From a virus (Duplodnaviria; Caudoviricetes), in the IMG/VR virus record IMGVR_UViG_3300048630_000722, positions 1 to 51,123 of that record: a stretch of DNA of 51,123 nucleotides. One strand, given 5' to 3'. Every line of letters starts with the position of its first letter. Position 1 is the first letter of the stretch. Made by a program: the position numbers and the translations under genes. The notes under the pieces are model-generated. The model made no database searches, had not been told where the DNA came from, and saw nothing but the letters and a program-made list of their open reading frames with translations. This document shows positions 36,898 to 46,005 of the stretch, one piece after another.

Positions 36898-36906
36898 TCC
36901 CCCCTC

Positions 36907-36926
36907 AGCGTCAGCCACACCACGCT
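36907..36926 (+). repeat. Hairpin element directly abutting the methyltransferase ATG
   Basis: AGCGT-CAGCCACACC-ACGCT-ATG. Confidence 0.75.
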
Positions 36927-38081
36927 ATGGACCTGTTCAGCCAGCCCCCGCCCGTCCCGGACCACCCCTGCCCGGACGCGAAGGCGCTCCGCCTGCTCAC
37001 GCCGGAGGACGCCGGCCCTGCGCCCACGCTCCCGGACGAGCCAGCGCACGCGGAGGACGTCGCCCCGCCGGACTTCGACCTCGACGCGGCGCTCCACGGG
37101 CGGAACCTGTTCGGGGAGCCCGTCACGCTCTGCGAGGCGCAGGGGGGCTCGCAGTCCCGCAACGCCCTCGCGGACCGGTACCTCATCCCCCCGTTCAGCG
37201 TCCTCCGCGCCGACACCGGGGACTGGCAGGAGCGGAAGCGGGCCTGGCTCGGCCTCGGCATCGAGAGCGAGGTCGGCCGGTCGTCCGGCCTCACGCTCGC
37301 CGAGGACTCCTACCGGATCCACGAGGCGTACTACGGGAAGGCCGGCGCGGCGGCGGGGAAGAAGGCGCCGACGACGAGCACGTTCGACCCGGTCCTGTGC
37401 GAGCTGAGCTACCGGTGGTTCTGCCCGGAGGGCGGCCGCGTCCTCGACCCGTTCGCGGGCGGGTCCGTCCGGGGCGTCGTCGTCGCCGCGCTCCGGCGGG
37501 CCTACCACGGCATCGAGCTCCGGGCCGAGCAGGTCGCGGCCAACCGCGAGCAGGCCGCGCAGATCGTCCCGGCCGCCGCCGCCGCGCGGACCCTCACCTG
37601 GGTCACCGGCGACTGCCGGGAGCGCCTGAGCGACGCGCCGGAGGCCGACTACGTGTTCACCTGCCCGCCCTACGGCGACCTCGAGCGCTACAGCGACGAC
37701 CCGCGGGACCTCAGCACGCTCCCCCTAGAGGAGTTCGCGGAGGGCTACGCCGACGCGCTCGGCCGGGCCGCGGACCGGCTCCGCCCGGACCGGTTCGTGA
37801 CCATCGTCGTCGGGGAGTACCGGGACCGCGACGGGCACTACGTCGACTTCGTCGGCATGACGAAACGGGCCCTCCGGGACGCCGGGCTCCACTTCTACAA
37901 CGAGGCCGTGCTCTGCACGCCGCTCGGGACCGTGCCGATGCGGACGTCCCGGCAGTTCGCCGCCTCCCGGAAGCTCGGGAAGGCCCACCAGAACGTGCTC
38001 ACCTACGTCAAGGGCTCCTGGCGGGCCGCGGCGGAGGCGTGCCAGTCCGCGGACGACCGGGCCCTCCGGACGGCCGCGTAG
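36927..38081 (+). CDS. DNA amino-methyltransferase (N4-C/N6-A type)
   Basis: VLDPFAGG (SAM-binding) and TCPPY (catalytic) motifs. Confidence 0.85.
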   Translation: MDLFSQPPPVPDHPCPDAKALRLLTPEDAGPAPTLPDEPAHAEDVAPPDFDLDAALHGRNLFGEPVTLCEAQGGSQSRNALADRYLIPPFSVLRADTGDWQERKRAWLGLGIESEVGRSSGLTLAEDSYRIHEAYYGKAGAAAGKKAPTTSTFDPVLCELSYRWFCPEGGRVLDPFAGGSVRGVVVAALRRAYHGIELRAEQVAANREQAAQIVPAAAAARTLTWVTGDCRERLSDAPEADYVFTCPPYGDLERYSDDPRDLSTLPLEEFAEGYADALGRAADRLRPDRFVTIVVGEYRDRDGHYVDFVGMTKRALRDAGLHFYNEAVLCTPLGTVPMRTSRQFAASRKLGKAHQNVLTYVKGSWRAAAEACQSADDRALRTAA

Positions 38082-38088
38082 CTCACCC

Positions 38089-38132
38089 GCCGGGACGCCA
38101 CGCCCCCGGCTCTCACCCCAACCCACAGACCG
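38089..38132 (+). repeat. Hairpin-leader element
   Basis: GCCGGG-ACGCCACGCC-CCCGGC, then ACCCACAGACCG-ATG. Confidence 0.85.
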
Positions 38133-38582
38133 ATGCAGGACGGAACGCAGAACACGAACGACACGCCCGGGGGGGACGCCGCCGAGGACTTCGGGGGGCC
38201 GCACCTCCTCCCGCTCCCAAGCTCGCCCCTGGAGACCTGGGCCTTTTACTTCGGCGAGATCGTGGAGAACCGGCCGCGGGAGGAGGCCGAGGCCGTCCTC
38301 GACGTCATCGGGACGGCCTGCCAGGACGCCGCGACGCTCATTCACGAGCGGCTCTCCGGGCACACGGGACGGGAGCCGAACGGGTCCGAGATGGTCACGG
38401 CCCTCGGGATGTTCTCGTCCAGCTTCGCCGCGGCGATGGCCGACTCCCTATGCACCGAGCACCGGCACCCGTCGGACGTCGCCGCGCGCGGGGAGTACCT
38501 GCGCGAGATCCTCACGGCCGTCGTCGGCGCGTTCATGTCCGCGGAGCGCGGGCACGTCCGGGACCTCACCTCCCGGAACTGA
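38133..38582 (+). CDS. Hypothetical protein
   Basis: ATG at the leader element. Confidence 0.65.
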   Translation: MQDGTQNTNDTPGGDAAEDFGGPHLLPLPSSPLETWAFYFGEIVENRPREEAEAVLDVIGTACQDAATLIHERLSGHTGREPNGSEMVTALGMFSSSFAAAMADSLCTEHRHPSDVAARGEYLREILTAVVGAFMSAERGHVRDLTSRN

Positions 38583-38584
38583 CC

Positions 38585-39064
38585 GTGGCGCAGTTCGACC
38601 GCTCCTGGCTCCTCCGGCACGCCGGCCGCGTCGTCGGCCCCGCCCCGGACCTCCCACCGGAGACGGAGGAGGAGGCGCAGGCCGCCGTCGTCCGCTGGGC
38701 CGACGGCACGCCGCTCCCGCCCGGGACGGGCGCGCCCGGCGCCCGCCTCGGGGACTACCTCCTGCACGTCCCGAACGGCGGCGTGCAGTTCCGCAAGACG
38801 GCCGGCCGTATGAAGGCCGCGGGCCGGCGCGCGGGCGTCCCCGACCTCCTCCTCCTCCTGCCCGTCCCGCCCTACGCCGGGTGCGCCGTCGAGATGAAGC
38901 GGGAGACGGGCGGGACCGTCCGGCCCGCCCAGCGGATCTGGCTCGCGCGCCTCGCCGCGGCCGGGTACGCCGCCTGCGTCTGCCGCGGCCGCGACGCCGC
39001 GCAGGACGCCCTCTCCGCCTACGTCCGCTCCGCGGACCTCACGCCCCACCTGTTCACGCCCTAG
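38585..39064 (+). CDS. VRR-NUC domain nuclease
   Basis: HVPNGG..GRRAGVPDL..VEMK..RPAQRIWL motif. Confidence 0.85.
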   Translation: MAQFDRSWLLRHAGRVVGPAPDLPPETEEEAQAAVVRWADGTPLPPGTGAPGARLGDYLLHVPNGGVQFRKTAGRMKAAGRRAGVPDLLLLLPVPPYAGCAVEMKRETGGTVRPAQRIWLARLAAAGYAACVCRGRDAAQDALSAYVRSADLTPHLFTP

Positions 39065-39394
39065 ATGCCCCGCCGAACGCCCACGCTCAGCCCCGCCCTC
39101 CGCGCCCGGCTCTCCGCCATCGCCAGCGCGTGCGAGGACGCCGCGCTCGCCCCCCGCGGCGCCGTCCTGAACAAGCGGAGGACGGACCGCAACACGGAGG
39201 CCCGCCGGCTCTACTTCGCCGTCGCCACCGACGTGGCCTACGTCCCGCACGCGGACGCGGCCGCCTACGCCGGTCTCGACCGGACGACGGTGTACCACCA
39301 CCTCCGGACGCACCGGGACCTCCTCAGCGTGGACCCGGCCTACCGCGCCCGGTTCGCCGAGGCCTCGCGCCCCTTCCTCCCGCAGACCCCCTAG
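39065..39394 (+). CDS. DnaA C-terminal-like HTH protein
   Basis: EARRLYFAVA..AAAYAGLDRTTVYHH motif. Confidence 0.6.
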   Translation: MPRRTPTLSPALRARLSAIASACEDAALAPRGAVLNKRRTDRNTEARRLYFAVATDVAYVPHADAAAYAGLDRTTVYHHLRTHRDLLSVDPAYRARFAEASRPFLPQTP

Positions 39395-39600
39395 CCCGTG
39401 CTCGCCGTCACGCACACGTCCGCGCCGGGCGTCCCGGTCCCGCTCCCCGGCGGCCCCCTGACCGGGCCCCGCGTCACCGTCCTCCGCGCCCGGTTCGCGG
39501 CCCTCACCGGCTACGCCCCGGAGGAGGCCCGGCGCCGGGGGTTCCGGATCACGCCCCTCCCCGCCGGCTAGCCCGGCCCGCGCCGTCCGGCCGACGGCAC

Positions 39601-39634
39601 GCCGCACGCCACACCGCGGCAGACCCACAGACCA
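39601..39634 (+). repeat. Hairpin-leader element
   Basis: GCCGC-ACGCCACACC-GCGGC, then AGACCCACAGACCA-ATG. Confidence 0.88.
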
Positions 39635-40489
39635 ATGAGCACGACCATAGCGCCCGCGCCGACGCCCACGGCGTCCGTGGAGACCGTCACCCCCTCCCTC
39701 GCCGCCGAATGGCTGGCGCGGAACGACAGGAACCGCCCGCTGAGCCAGCAGACCGTGAAGCGCTACGCGGCGTTGATGAGGGACGGCCGCTGGATGGTGT
39801 CCTGTGACGCCGTCGGGTTCGACACCGACGGGCGCCTCGTCAACGGACAACACCGGCTCAGCGCCGTCATCGCCTCCGAGACGCCGGCCGCCCTCCTCGT
39901 CGTCCGCGGCCTCTCCCCGGACGTTTTCGAGGTCCTCGACACCGGGAAGAAGCGGAGCGCCTCGGACGCCCTCGCGATCCTCGGGTACGAGAACTACACC
40001 GTCCTCGCCTCGGCGGGCCGGCTGTTCACGAACTACCTGAAGTTCGGGCGGCTGTCCGGGTCCATCGTCACGACCGCCGCGGAGAACGAGGAGGTCGTCG
40101 AGACGGTGCAGGCGTTCCCGCACCTGCAGGACTCGGCCCGGCTCCTCGTCCGGTACAAGAACGACCTGATCGGGATCGCCTCCGCGTCCGTGCTCACGTT
40201 CGTCCACGCGATCTACGCGCAGACGCACCGGGCGGAGGCCGACGAGTTCATGGAGAAGCTCGCCACCGGCCACGGGATCGGCGACGGCGAGCCGGTCGGC
40301 GTGCTGCGGAATCAGTTGATCCGGGCCGCCCTCACGGGCAACACGAAGCTGGACCGGGACGCGCTCCTCGCCCTCGTCGTCCGAGCTCTCAACATGACGA
40401 TTGCGGACCGCCGCGTGCGCCAGATCCGCTACAGCCCGAGCCAGCAGGACTTCCCCCAGCCGGACCTCGACGCGCTCCCCTCCGCGTAG
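39635..40489 (+). CDS. ParB/Srx-superfamily (GQHR motif) phage protein
   Basis: TPSLAAEWL..NRPLS..GRLVNGQHRLSAV motif. Confidence 0.7.
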   Translation: MSTTIAPAPTPTASVETVTPSLAAEWLARNDRNRPLSQQTVKRYAALMRDGRWMVSCDAVGFDTDGRLVNGQHRLSAVIASETPAALLVVRGLSPDVFEVLDTGKKRSASDALAILGYENYTVLASAGRLFTNYLKFGRLSGSIVTTAAENEEVVETVQAFPHLQDSARLLVRYKNDLIGIASASVLTFVHAIYAQTHRAEADEFMEKLATGHGIGDGEPVGVLRNQLIRAALTGNTKLDRDALLALVVRALNMTIADRRVRQIRYSPSQQDFPQPDLDALPSA

Positions 40490-40511
40490 CTCGTCGCACC
40501 GAAGGACCCCC

Positions 40512-40547
40512 GCCCCACGCCACACCGGGGCACAGACCCACAGACCG
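40512..40547 (+). repeat. Hairpin-leader element
   Basis: GCCCC-ACGCCACACC-GGGGCACAGACCCACAGACCG-ATG, identical to 18119-18157. Confidence 0.9.
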
Positions 40548-41243
40548 ATGGACCTCACGCAGAGAGACCTTTTCGGCCCCTCCGGGCCGCCCACCTCGGA
40601 CTACCCCGGCGGAGACGCCCGGGAGGCCGAGCCCGAACCGCTCAGCGAGTCCGGCCCCCCGTCCGGGACCGTAGCCGAGGCACGCAACGCCCTCCGCGCC
40701 GGTTGGCTGCAGGGCCGGGAGTGCCCGTGCTGCAACCAACTCGTCAAACTCTATCGTCGCCCGCTCACCGCCTCGATGGCCCGCGTGCTCCTCGGCGTGT
40801 TCGCCGCGGACGAGGAGCGCCGGTCAGGCCGGGTCCTCCCGGCGTCCTACGCGACGGCGGACGGGACCTACCACCTCGGCCGGCTCATCACGGAGCGGCC
40901 CGGGTTCAGCGCCGCCGTCCGGGGCGGGGGAGACGCCTCTAAGCTCCGGTTCTGGGGCCTCCTGTTCCCCGTCGAGGGTGAGCGGGAGGACGGGAGCCGC
41001 CGGAACGGCTGGTGGCGCCTCACGGAGCGCGGGCGGCGGTTCTGCCAGGGCGCCCTCGCCGTGCCCCAGTACGTGTTCATCTTCAACGACACGGCGTACA
41101 GCCCGGAGGCGGCCGGCGTCCCGGAGGAAAAGCGCGGCGGGCTCGTCACGCTCCGGGACGTCATGGGCGAGGGGTTCGACTACGCGGAGATGATGGGTGC
41201 CCTGCGCGGCGTCCGCCCGGCCGGGGTCCGGCGTGCGGCGTGA
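40548..41243 (+). CDS. Hypothetical protein (CPCC plus winged-helix-like region)
   Basis: ATG at the leader; SKLRFWGL..GWWRLTERG motif. Confidence 0.65.
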   Translation: MDLTQRDLFGPSGPPTSDYPGGDAREAEPEPLSESGPPSGTVAEARNALRAGWLQGRECPCCNQLVKLYRRPLTASMARVLLGVFAADEERRSGRVLPASYATADGTYHLGRLITERPGFSAAVRGGGDASKLRFWGLLFPVEGEREDGSRRNGWWRLTERGRRFCQGALAVPQYVFIFNDTAYSPEAAGVPEEKRGGLVTLRDVMGEGFDYAEMMGALRGVRPAGVRRAA

Positions 41244-41449
41244 CTATCAAGCCCTGCCCCTTCTGCGGCTCCGAGCGCGCCGCGTACGTGGAGATGGACC
41301 CGGAGTCGCCTCGGGGCGCCTACAGGGCGCGCTACGTGTGCGGCTGCGGCGCGGCCGGCCCCTCCGTGCCGTTCGCCAACTCGAAGGCCGAGACGGACAC
41401 CGCCGCGCGCTTCGCGTGGAACGACCGCGCCGAGGTCGCCGCCCAATGA
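41240..41449 (+). CDS. Lar-like (restriction alleviation) zinc-finger protein
   Basis: KPCPFCGS..CGCGA..AWNDRA motif. Confidence 0.7.
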   Translation: MTIKPCPFCGSERAAYVEMDPESPRGAYRARYVCGCGAAGPSVPFANSKAETDTAARFAWNDRAEVAAQ

Positions 41450-42087
41450 CCTTCGGCCCCCAACTCCCGCCCCTGCAGACGCGGCACAACGCCGCGCAGT
41501 GGCTCCACGGTCGCGGTCAGGCTACGTCCCCGCTCGGGGAGCGGGCCGCGGCCGTCCTCGGCGTCGTCTACAGAGGCATCTACAACGCGCCCCTAACCGC
41601 CTCCACCTGGGACGGCCAGCCGTTCGCCCACCCGCATTTCGTGCAGGTCAGCGTCTACGGCGAGCTCGCGACGTTCGACGCGGACGGGCTCACCCGCCTC
41701 GTCTGCGCCGCGCACGACGCCGCGGTCCGCGTGAGCGTGAGGCCGGCGAGCAACCGGACCTTCCGGCTCGGCTTCGCCGCCCGGGACCGGGAGGGGAGCG
41801 AGGTGCACCAGCGCCTCTACGACCGGCACCCCCGGCTAGAGGAGGCCGTCGCCCGCGTCCGCCGCGCGGCCTACGAGGTCCCGACGCACGCGGTCACGGA
41901 GGACCCCGTCCGCGCCGCGGCCCTCGCCGCCTGCCGGGCGCTCCTGACCGCGGAGCGCGTCCCGCCGGAGGAGGAGCGCTACGAGGGGGATCACCACGCG
42001 GCGGTCGAGGCCGCCCGCGCCGCCCTCCGCCTCGCCGGCGACCCGCTCGCGGACGCCTACGGGTTCGACCGAGGGGGCGATGAGTGA
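41446..42087 (+). CDS. Hypothetical protein
   Basis: ATGA overlap; LATFDADGLTRLVCAAHD motif. Confidence 0.6.
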   Translation: MTFGPQLPPLQTRHNAAQWLHGRGQATSPLGERAAAVLGVVYRGIYNAPLTASTWDGQPFAHPHFVQVSVYGELATFDADGLTRLVCAAHDAAVRVSVRPASNRTFRLGFAARDREGSEVHQRLYDRHPRLEEAVARVRRAAYEVPTHAVTEDPVRAAALAACRALLTAERVPPEEERYEGDHHAAVEAARAALRLAGDPLADAYGFDRGGDE

Positions 42088-42412
42088 GCTACACGAACTG
42101 AGGGAGGCCGCGGCCGACCTCCGCGCCGCGGCGGCCGAGGCCCGGGAGGCGGCCGGCGAGCTCCGCGAGGCCCGGACGCGCGACGCCCTCGGCCCGGACG
42201 CGCTCCTGCCCTACGGGGAGTTCCTGAAGGCGAACGGGCTCAGCTACGAGCTCGGCGACCGTCTCCGGCGCGAGGGGACGCTGAAGGTCCTCCGGGCCGG
42301 CGGAAAGCTCGTCGTCCGCGCCGGGCACGCGGCGGAGTTCGCCCGCGCCCTCCCTCTCGCCAAGCCGGCCGCGAAGCGGACCGGGGGGCCGCGCAGGCGG
42401 AGGACCGCATGA
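42080..42412 (+). CDS. Putative excisionase-like protein
   Basis: Short winged-HTH-like segment EGTLKVLRAGGKLVV and basic tail; upstream of the integrase. Confidence 0.5.
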   Translation: MSELHELREAAADLRAAAAEAREAAGELREARTRDALGPDALLPYGEFLKANGLSYELGDRLRREGTLKVLRAGGKLVVRAGHAAEFARALPLAKPAAKRTGGPRRRRTA

Positions 42413-43299
42413 GGCACGTTATCCCAATCTCGGGCAAGGACTCCCTCGCCGCCGCCATCGTTCAGACGCGCCTCGAGCCGGAGCCTCCCGGTGGAGGGCG
42501 CTACGAGTTCGTTTTCAACGACGTCGGCGCCGAACTCCCGGAGACGTACGCCTGGCTACGGAAGGCGGAGGAGTTCCTCGGGGCCCCCATCGTACGCGTC
42601 GGGCACTCGCTCCCGCGCATGATCGCGGACGAGTACGACTACTACCTGCCGGGGCCCCGGCAGCGCTACTGCACCAAGATGGCGAAGATCCGTCCGTTTC
42701 TCCGCTGGCTCCGGGGGGACGAGGCGACCGTCTACTACGGGCTCCGCTCTGACGAGGGTCACCGCGGACGAGACCCGGCACAGGCCCCGAACGTCACCCC
42801 GCGGTTCCCTCTACGCGACCGCCGGCCGCTCGACCTCCGAGGCGTCCTCGTTCTTCTGGAGGCGCACGGCCTCACGCCGCCCACGTTCACCTGGGCCTCC
42901 CTCGGCGCCCGGTGCGACGAGATAGCTGGGCCCGGGTGGGAGGAGCACCTGCCGGCCTGGCGCGTGCACCAACTCCTAGCGTGGCGGACCCGGGCTAACT
43001 GCTACTTCTGCTTTTACCAGCGGCAGTACGAGTACGCCGGGCTGTTCGAGCACCACCCGGACCTGTTCTGGGAGGCGTGCCGGATGGAGCGGGTGTCCGA
43101 GGCCCGGAACGGCTACACCTGGCGGCAGGGCTACGCGCTAGAGCGGTTCGCGGACCCGGAAGAACGCGCCCGCGTGCGTGATCGCAGGGCACGAGAGGTC
43201 CTGAAGATCGCGCACGCCGCGAAACAGGGGACGTTGTTCGGGGAGTCGGGCGACACCCTGATCGCGACGACCTCGTGCGGGCTCCTCTGCGGCAAGTGA
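42409..43299 (+). CDS. PAPS reductase-family (PP-loop) protein
   Basis: ISGKDS, ELPETY, RYCTKMAKIRP, YGLRSDE and NCYFC motifs. Confidence 0.85.
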   Translation: MRHVIPISGKDSLAAAIVQTRLEPEPPGGGRYEFVFNDVGAELPETYAWLRKAEEFLGAPIVRVGHSLPRMIADEYDYYLPGPRQRYCTKMAKIRPFLRWLRGDEATVYYGLRSDEGHRGRDPAQAPNVTPRFPLRDRRPLDLRGVLVLLEAHGLTPPTFTWASLGARCDEIAGPGWEEHLPAWRVHQLLAWRTRANCYFCFYQRQYEYAGLFEHHPDLFWEACRMERVSEARNGYTWRQGYALERFADPEERARVRDRRAREVLKIAHAAKQGTLFGESGDTLIATTSCGLLCGK

Positions 43300-43303
43300 G
43301 CCG

Positions 43304-43525
43304 ATGGACCCGAACCCCCTCCGCACCCCCGTCGCCGTCACGCTCCCGTTCGAGGAGTGGCTGCAGGTCCGCGGCGTAGCCCACGCCGGCGCCCGGCACC
43401 TGGAGCCCGCCGCGGAGGCCGTCCGGGACGTCCTCGACCGGGCGTTCCGGGACGCGCTCCTCTCTCAGTTCTCGTCCGAGGAGATCGACGCGCTCCACGC
43501 CGCGCGGGGCCGGGAGCTCGGCTAG
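43304..43525 (+). CDS. Hypothetical protein
   Basis: 73-aa ORF with typical codon usage. Confidence 0.5.
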   Translation: MDPNPLRTPVAVTLPFEEWLQVRGVAHAGARHLEPAAEAVRDVLDRAFRDALLSQFSSEEIDALHAARGRELG

Positions 43526-43608
43526 TCCGGCCCGGGTGCGACACGCGGCTGGCGTTGCACGCCCCTACCGTGCTACCCTCGTGCCCGCTCGCCCACACCC
43601 CAGACGTA

Positions 43609-44784
43609 GTGCCCGCCGATGCACACTTCCCGCCCCTCCGCGAGAGGAGGGAGCCGACGCTGATCCAGAAGCGGCCCGGCCGCTGGACCGCCCGCTACCG
43701 GCACGCCGGCCGGACGAAGGACGTCTCGCTCGGACTGACGACGAGGCCGGCCGAGTCCGCAGAGGCCGCGCCGAAGGCGGTCCGGGACCGGTTCCGCGCG
43801 GACTTCGTCCTCCCGTACCTCCGCGGCGACTACTCCCCCTGGGCCCGGGACGCGGGCGGGGAGGCGGACGGGCTCCTCACCGTAGAGGAGGCTAAGGAGG
43901 CGTTCCTCGCGCGCTACGCGCCCGGCCGGACGCGGCAGACGTACGAGGGGCACCTCCGGCGGTTCGACGCTACGCTCGCGCCGCACACGCTTCTCAGGGA
44001 GGTCACGCCGGAGGACGTCCGGGCCTACGTCTACCGCGACGGCGTGGCGCCGAGCACGCGGGCGGCGACGTGGCGGCACCTCCGGCGGTTCTTCGCCGCG
44101 ATGGCCGAGGCCGGCGCCGTCGCCGCCTCCCCCGTCGACGTCGTCCCGCGCCCGCGGAAGGACCGGACCGCGCGGGCGTTCGTCCTCCCGGGCGCGCTCC
44201 TCCCCGTGCTGAGCAAGGCGGACGAGTTCGAGGACCCGGCCGTGAGCGGGGCCCTCCGCATCGCCCTCGGCACCGGGCTCCGGCGCGGGGAGCTCGCCGC
44301 GCTGCAGGCCGCGGACGTCGACCTGCAGGCGGGGACGGTCACCGTCCGGCGCAAGACGGAGGCCGCGCACGGGCTGAGCTTCCGGCCGAAGTCCCGCGCG
44401 GACCGGCGGGTGACGCTCTCCCGGTTCGCGCGCGGGGAGCTGGAGGCCGCGCTGAGCCGCGCGGGCGGGTCCCCGCGCGCGTTCCTCTGCAGCCCGGACC
44501 CGGCCTACCCCGTCAACCCCTCCCGGCTCACGCACGCCCTCTCCGACGCGCGGGACCTCTCCGGCGGCCCGGCCGGGCTCACGCTGCACGGGCTCCGGGG
44601 GCACTTCATCACCTACGCCCTCCTCCTCGGCTGGCCCGTCCCCCTCGTGCAGGCGCAGGCCGGGCACGCCGACAGCCAGACGACGCTGAGTTACTGGCGG
44701 GACTCCGCCTCCCTCCTCGACCGCCGGGGGCTCAAACGCTTCCGGAAACAGGCCGAGGCGCTCGGGTTCGAGCCGTACGAGTAA
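43609..44784 (+). CDS. int: Tyrosine integrase
   Basis: TGLRRGEL, PKS, HGLR and GHADSQTTLSY catalytic motifs; start codon uncertain. Confidence 0.9.
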   Translation: MPADAHFPPLRERREPTLIQKRPGRWTARYRHAGRTKDVSLGLTTRPAESAEAAPKAVRDRFRADFVLPYLRGDYSPWARDAGGEADGLLTVEEAKEAFLARYAPGRTRQTYEGHLRRFDATLAPHTLLREVTPEDVRAYVYRDGVAPSTRAATWRHLRRFFAAMAEAGAVAASPVDVVPRPRKDRTARAFVLPGALLPVLSKADEFEDPAVSGALRIALGTGLRRGELAALQAADVDLQAGTVTVRRKTEAAHGLSFRPKSRADRRVTLSRFARGELEAALSRAGGSPRAFLCSPDPAYPVNPSRLTHALSDARDLSGGPAGLTLHGLRGHFITYALLLGWPVPLVQAQAGHADSQTTLSYWRDSASLLDRRGLKRFRKQAEALGFEPYE

Positions 44785-44830
44785 AAAAAGTCGCCTCGCC
44801 TGAAACCAGCCTGATACGCTGGTGTATATT
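44784..44830 (+). promoter_or_regulatory. 47-bp early promoter/operator block, copy 1
   Basis: A6 tract, ACCAGC-N7-GCTGGT inverted repeat, TATATT. Confidence 0.8.
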
Positions 44831-44835
44831 CCCTA

Positions 44836-44910
44836 AGCCGGCGCACGCCACACCGCGCCGGTTCCCCTGCCCTCAGCCACACCGGGGGCGCTCACCAAAC
44901 CCACAGACCG
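44836..44910 (+). repeat. Double hairpin-leader element
   Basis: CCGGCGC-ACGCCACACC-GCGCCGG and GCCCTC-AGCCACACC-GGGGGC, then ACCCACAGACCG-ATG. Confidence 0.85.
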
Positions 44911-46005
44911 ATGAACGCGAACGACACCGCCGTCCTCGCCGCCTTCCTCTCCCTCGGCGTCTCCGACGCCCTGAGCTTCACGACCGCCGAGGTCGCACGC
45001 GCCGCCTTCGGCCCGGACACGTCCTCAAAGTCCGCCGAGTACCAGACGGCCCGGCGCTCCCTCTCCGCCCTCGCCGACGAGGGCCTCGTGGAGCCCCACA
45101 AGCTCGGCCGCTCCACGGCGTACTGCCTCACCGACGCCGGCCGCGAGGCCCTCGGCGTGACGGACCCGCGTGCGGAGTCGGCTCCGGCGTCCGGGTTCGA
45201 CCCGTCCGCGAAGCTCAGCGAGCACCGCGCCGCGGTCAAGGCGATCCCGGGCGCGCGGACTTACCGCCGCAACCTCCGCGCCGGAGGCTACTACGTCCAC
45301 ATCAAGGGGGACGAGAACCCGGACCTGCGCTCTAGCGGCGGCCCGCACGTCAACCTCTGCCAAGCCCACGGGACGACGTATGCGTACGAGTCTCAGCGGT
45401 TCGCGCGGCACTACCTCCCGACCGGGAACTGGTGCCCGAAGTGCGCCGAGCTCGGGCCGGACCCGGAGCCCACGAACGAGGTGCCGCCGCAGAAGCGGAC
45501 GGCCGAGACGGCGCGGGAGGCGAAGCGGGCCCTCGCCCACGCCCCGCTTGCCGTGCCGGGCGACTACAAGGCGCGCGACGCGTACTGCGTGCCGACTTCC
45601 CTGGCCATCCTCACCGGGCGGACGGCGCAGGAGTGCGAGGCCGCGATCCGCGCCGTGCGGGGGCAGGAGGAAGCGGCCCCCGTCGTAGGCGTCACGGTCT
45701 ACCATCAGATCCAGGCCGCCCGCGCCCTCGGTTGCGCGATCACCCCGTACGAACCGGCTAAGGCCCTCCTCCTGGTGGACTCGGGGCGGCGCTACTCCCG
45801 CCGTACGCTCCGCACGCTCCTCCGCGACCACGGCGACGTGTTTGAGAGCCGGCCGCTCTTGTTCGAGGTCAGCGGCCACGTTTTCGTGGTGAAGGACGGC
45901 GTGCTCTACGACAACAACTACCCGGAGGGCGTCCCGGCGGTCACCTCGCATTGCGCCGGCTGCCGCGTCACGGGAGTCTACGCCGCGGACTGCACCCCGG
46001 CCTAG
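44911..46005 (+). CDS. Multidomain hypothetical: N-terminal winged helix, C-terminal papain/C39-like domain
   Basis: LSALADEGLV..YCLTDAGR; YCVPTSLAILTG..GHVFVVKDGVLYD. Confidence 0.6.
   Translation: MNANDTAVLAAFLSLGVSDALSFTTAEVARAAFGPDTSSKSAEYQTARRSLSALADEGLVEPHKLGRSTAYCLTDAGREALGVTDPRAESAPASGFDPSAKLSEHRAAVKAIPGARTYRRNLRAGGYYVHIKGDENPDLRSSGGPHVNLCQAHGTTYAYESQRFARHYLPTGNWCPKCAELGPDPEPTNEVPPQKRTAETAREAKRALAHAPLAVPGDYKARDAYCVPTSLAILTGRTAQECEAAIRAVRGQEEAAPVVGVTVYHQIQAARALGCAITPYEPAKALLLVDSGRRYSRRTLRTLLRDHGDVFESRPLLFEVSGHVFVVKDGVLYDNNYPEGVPAVTSHCAGCRVTGVYAADCTPA

Noticed and set aside
39398-39571. Short GTG-started ORF between the HTH and GQHR genes
   Set aside because: Plausible but has no motif or leader support, so it is not called.
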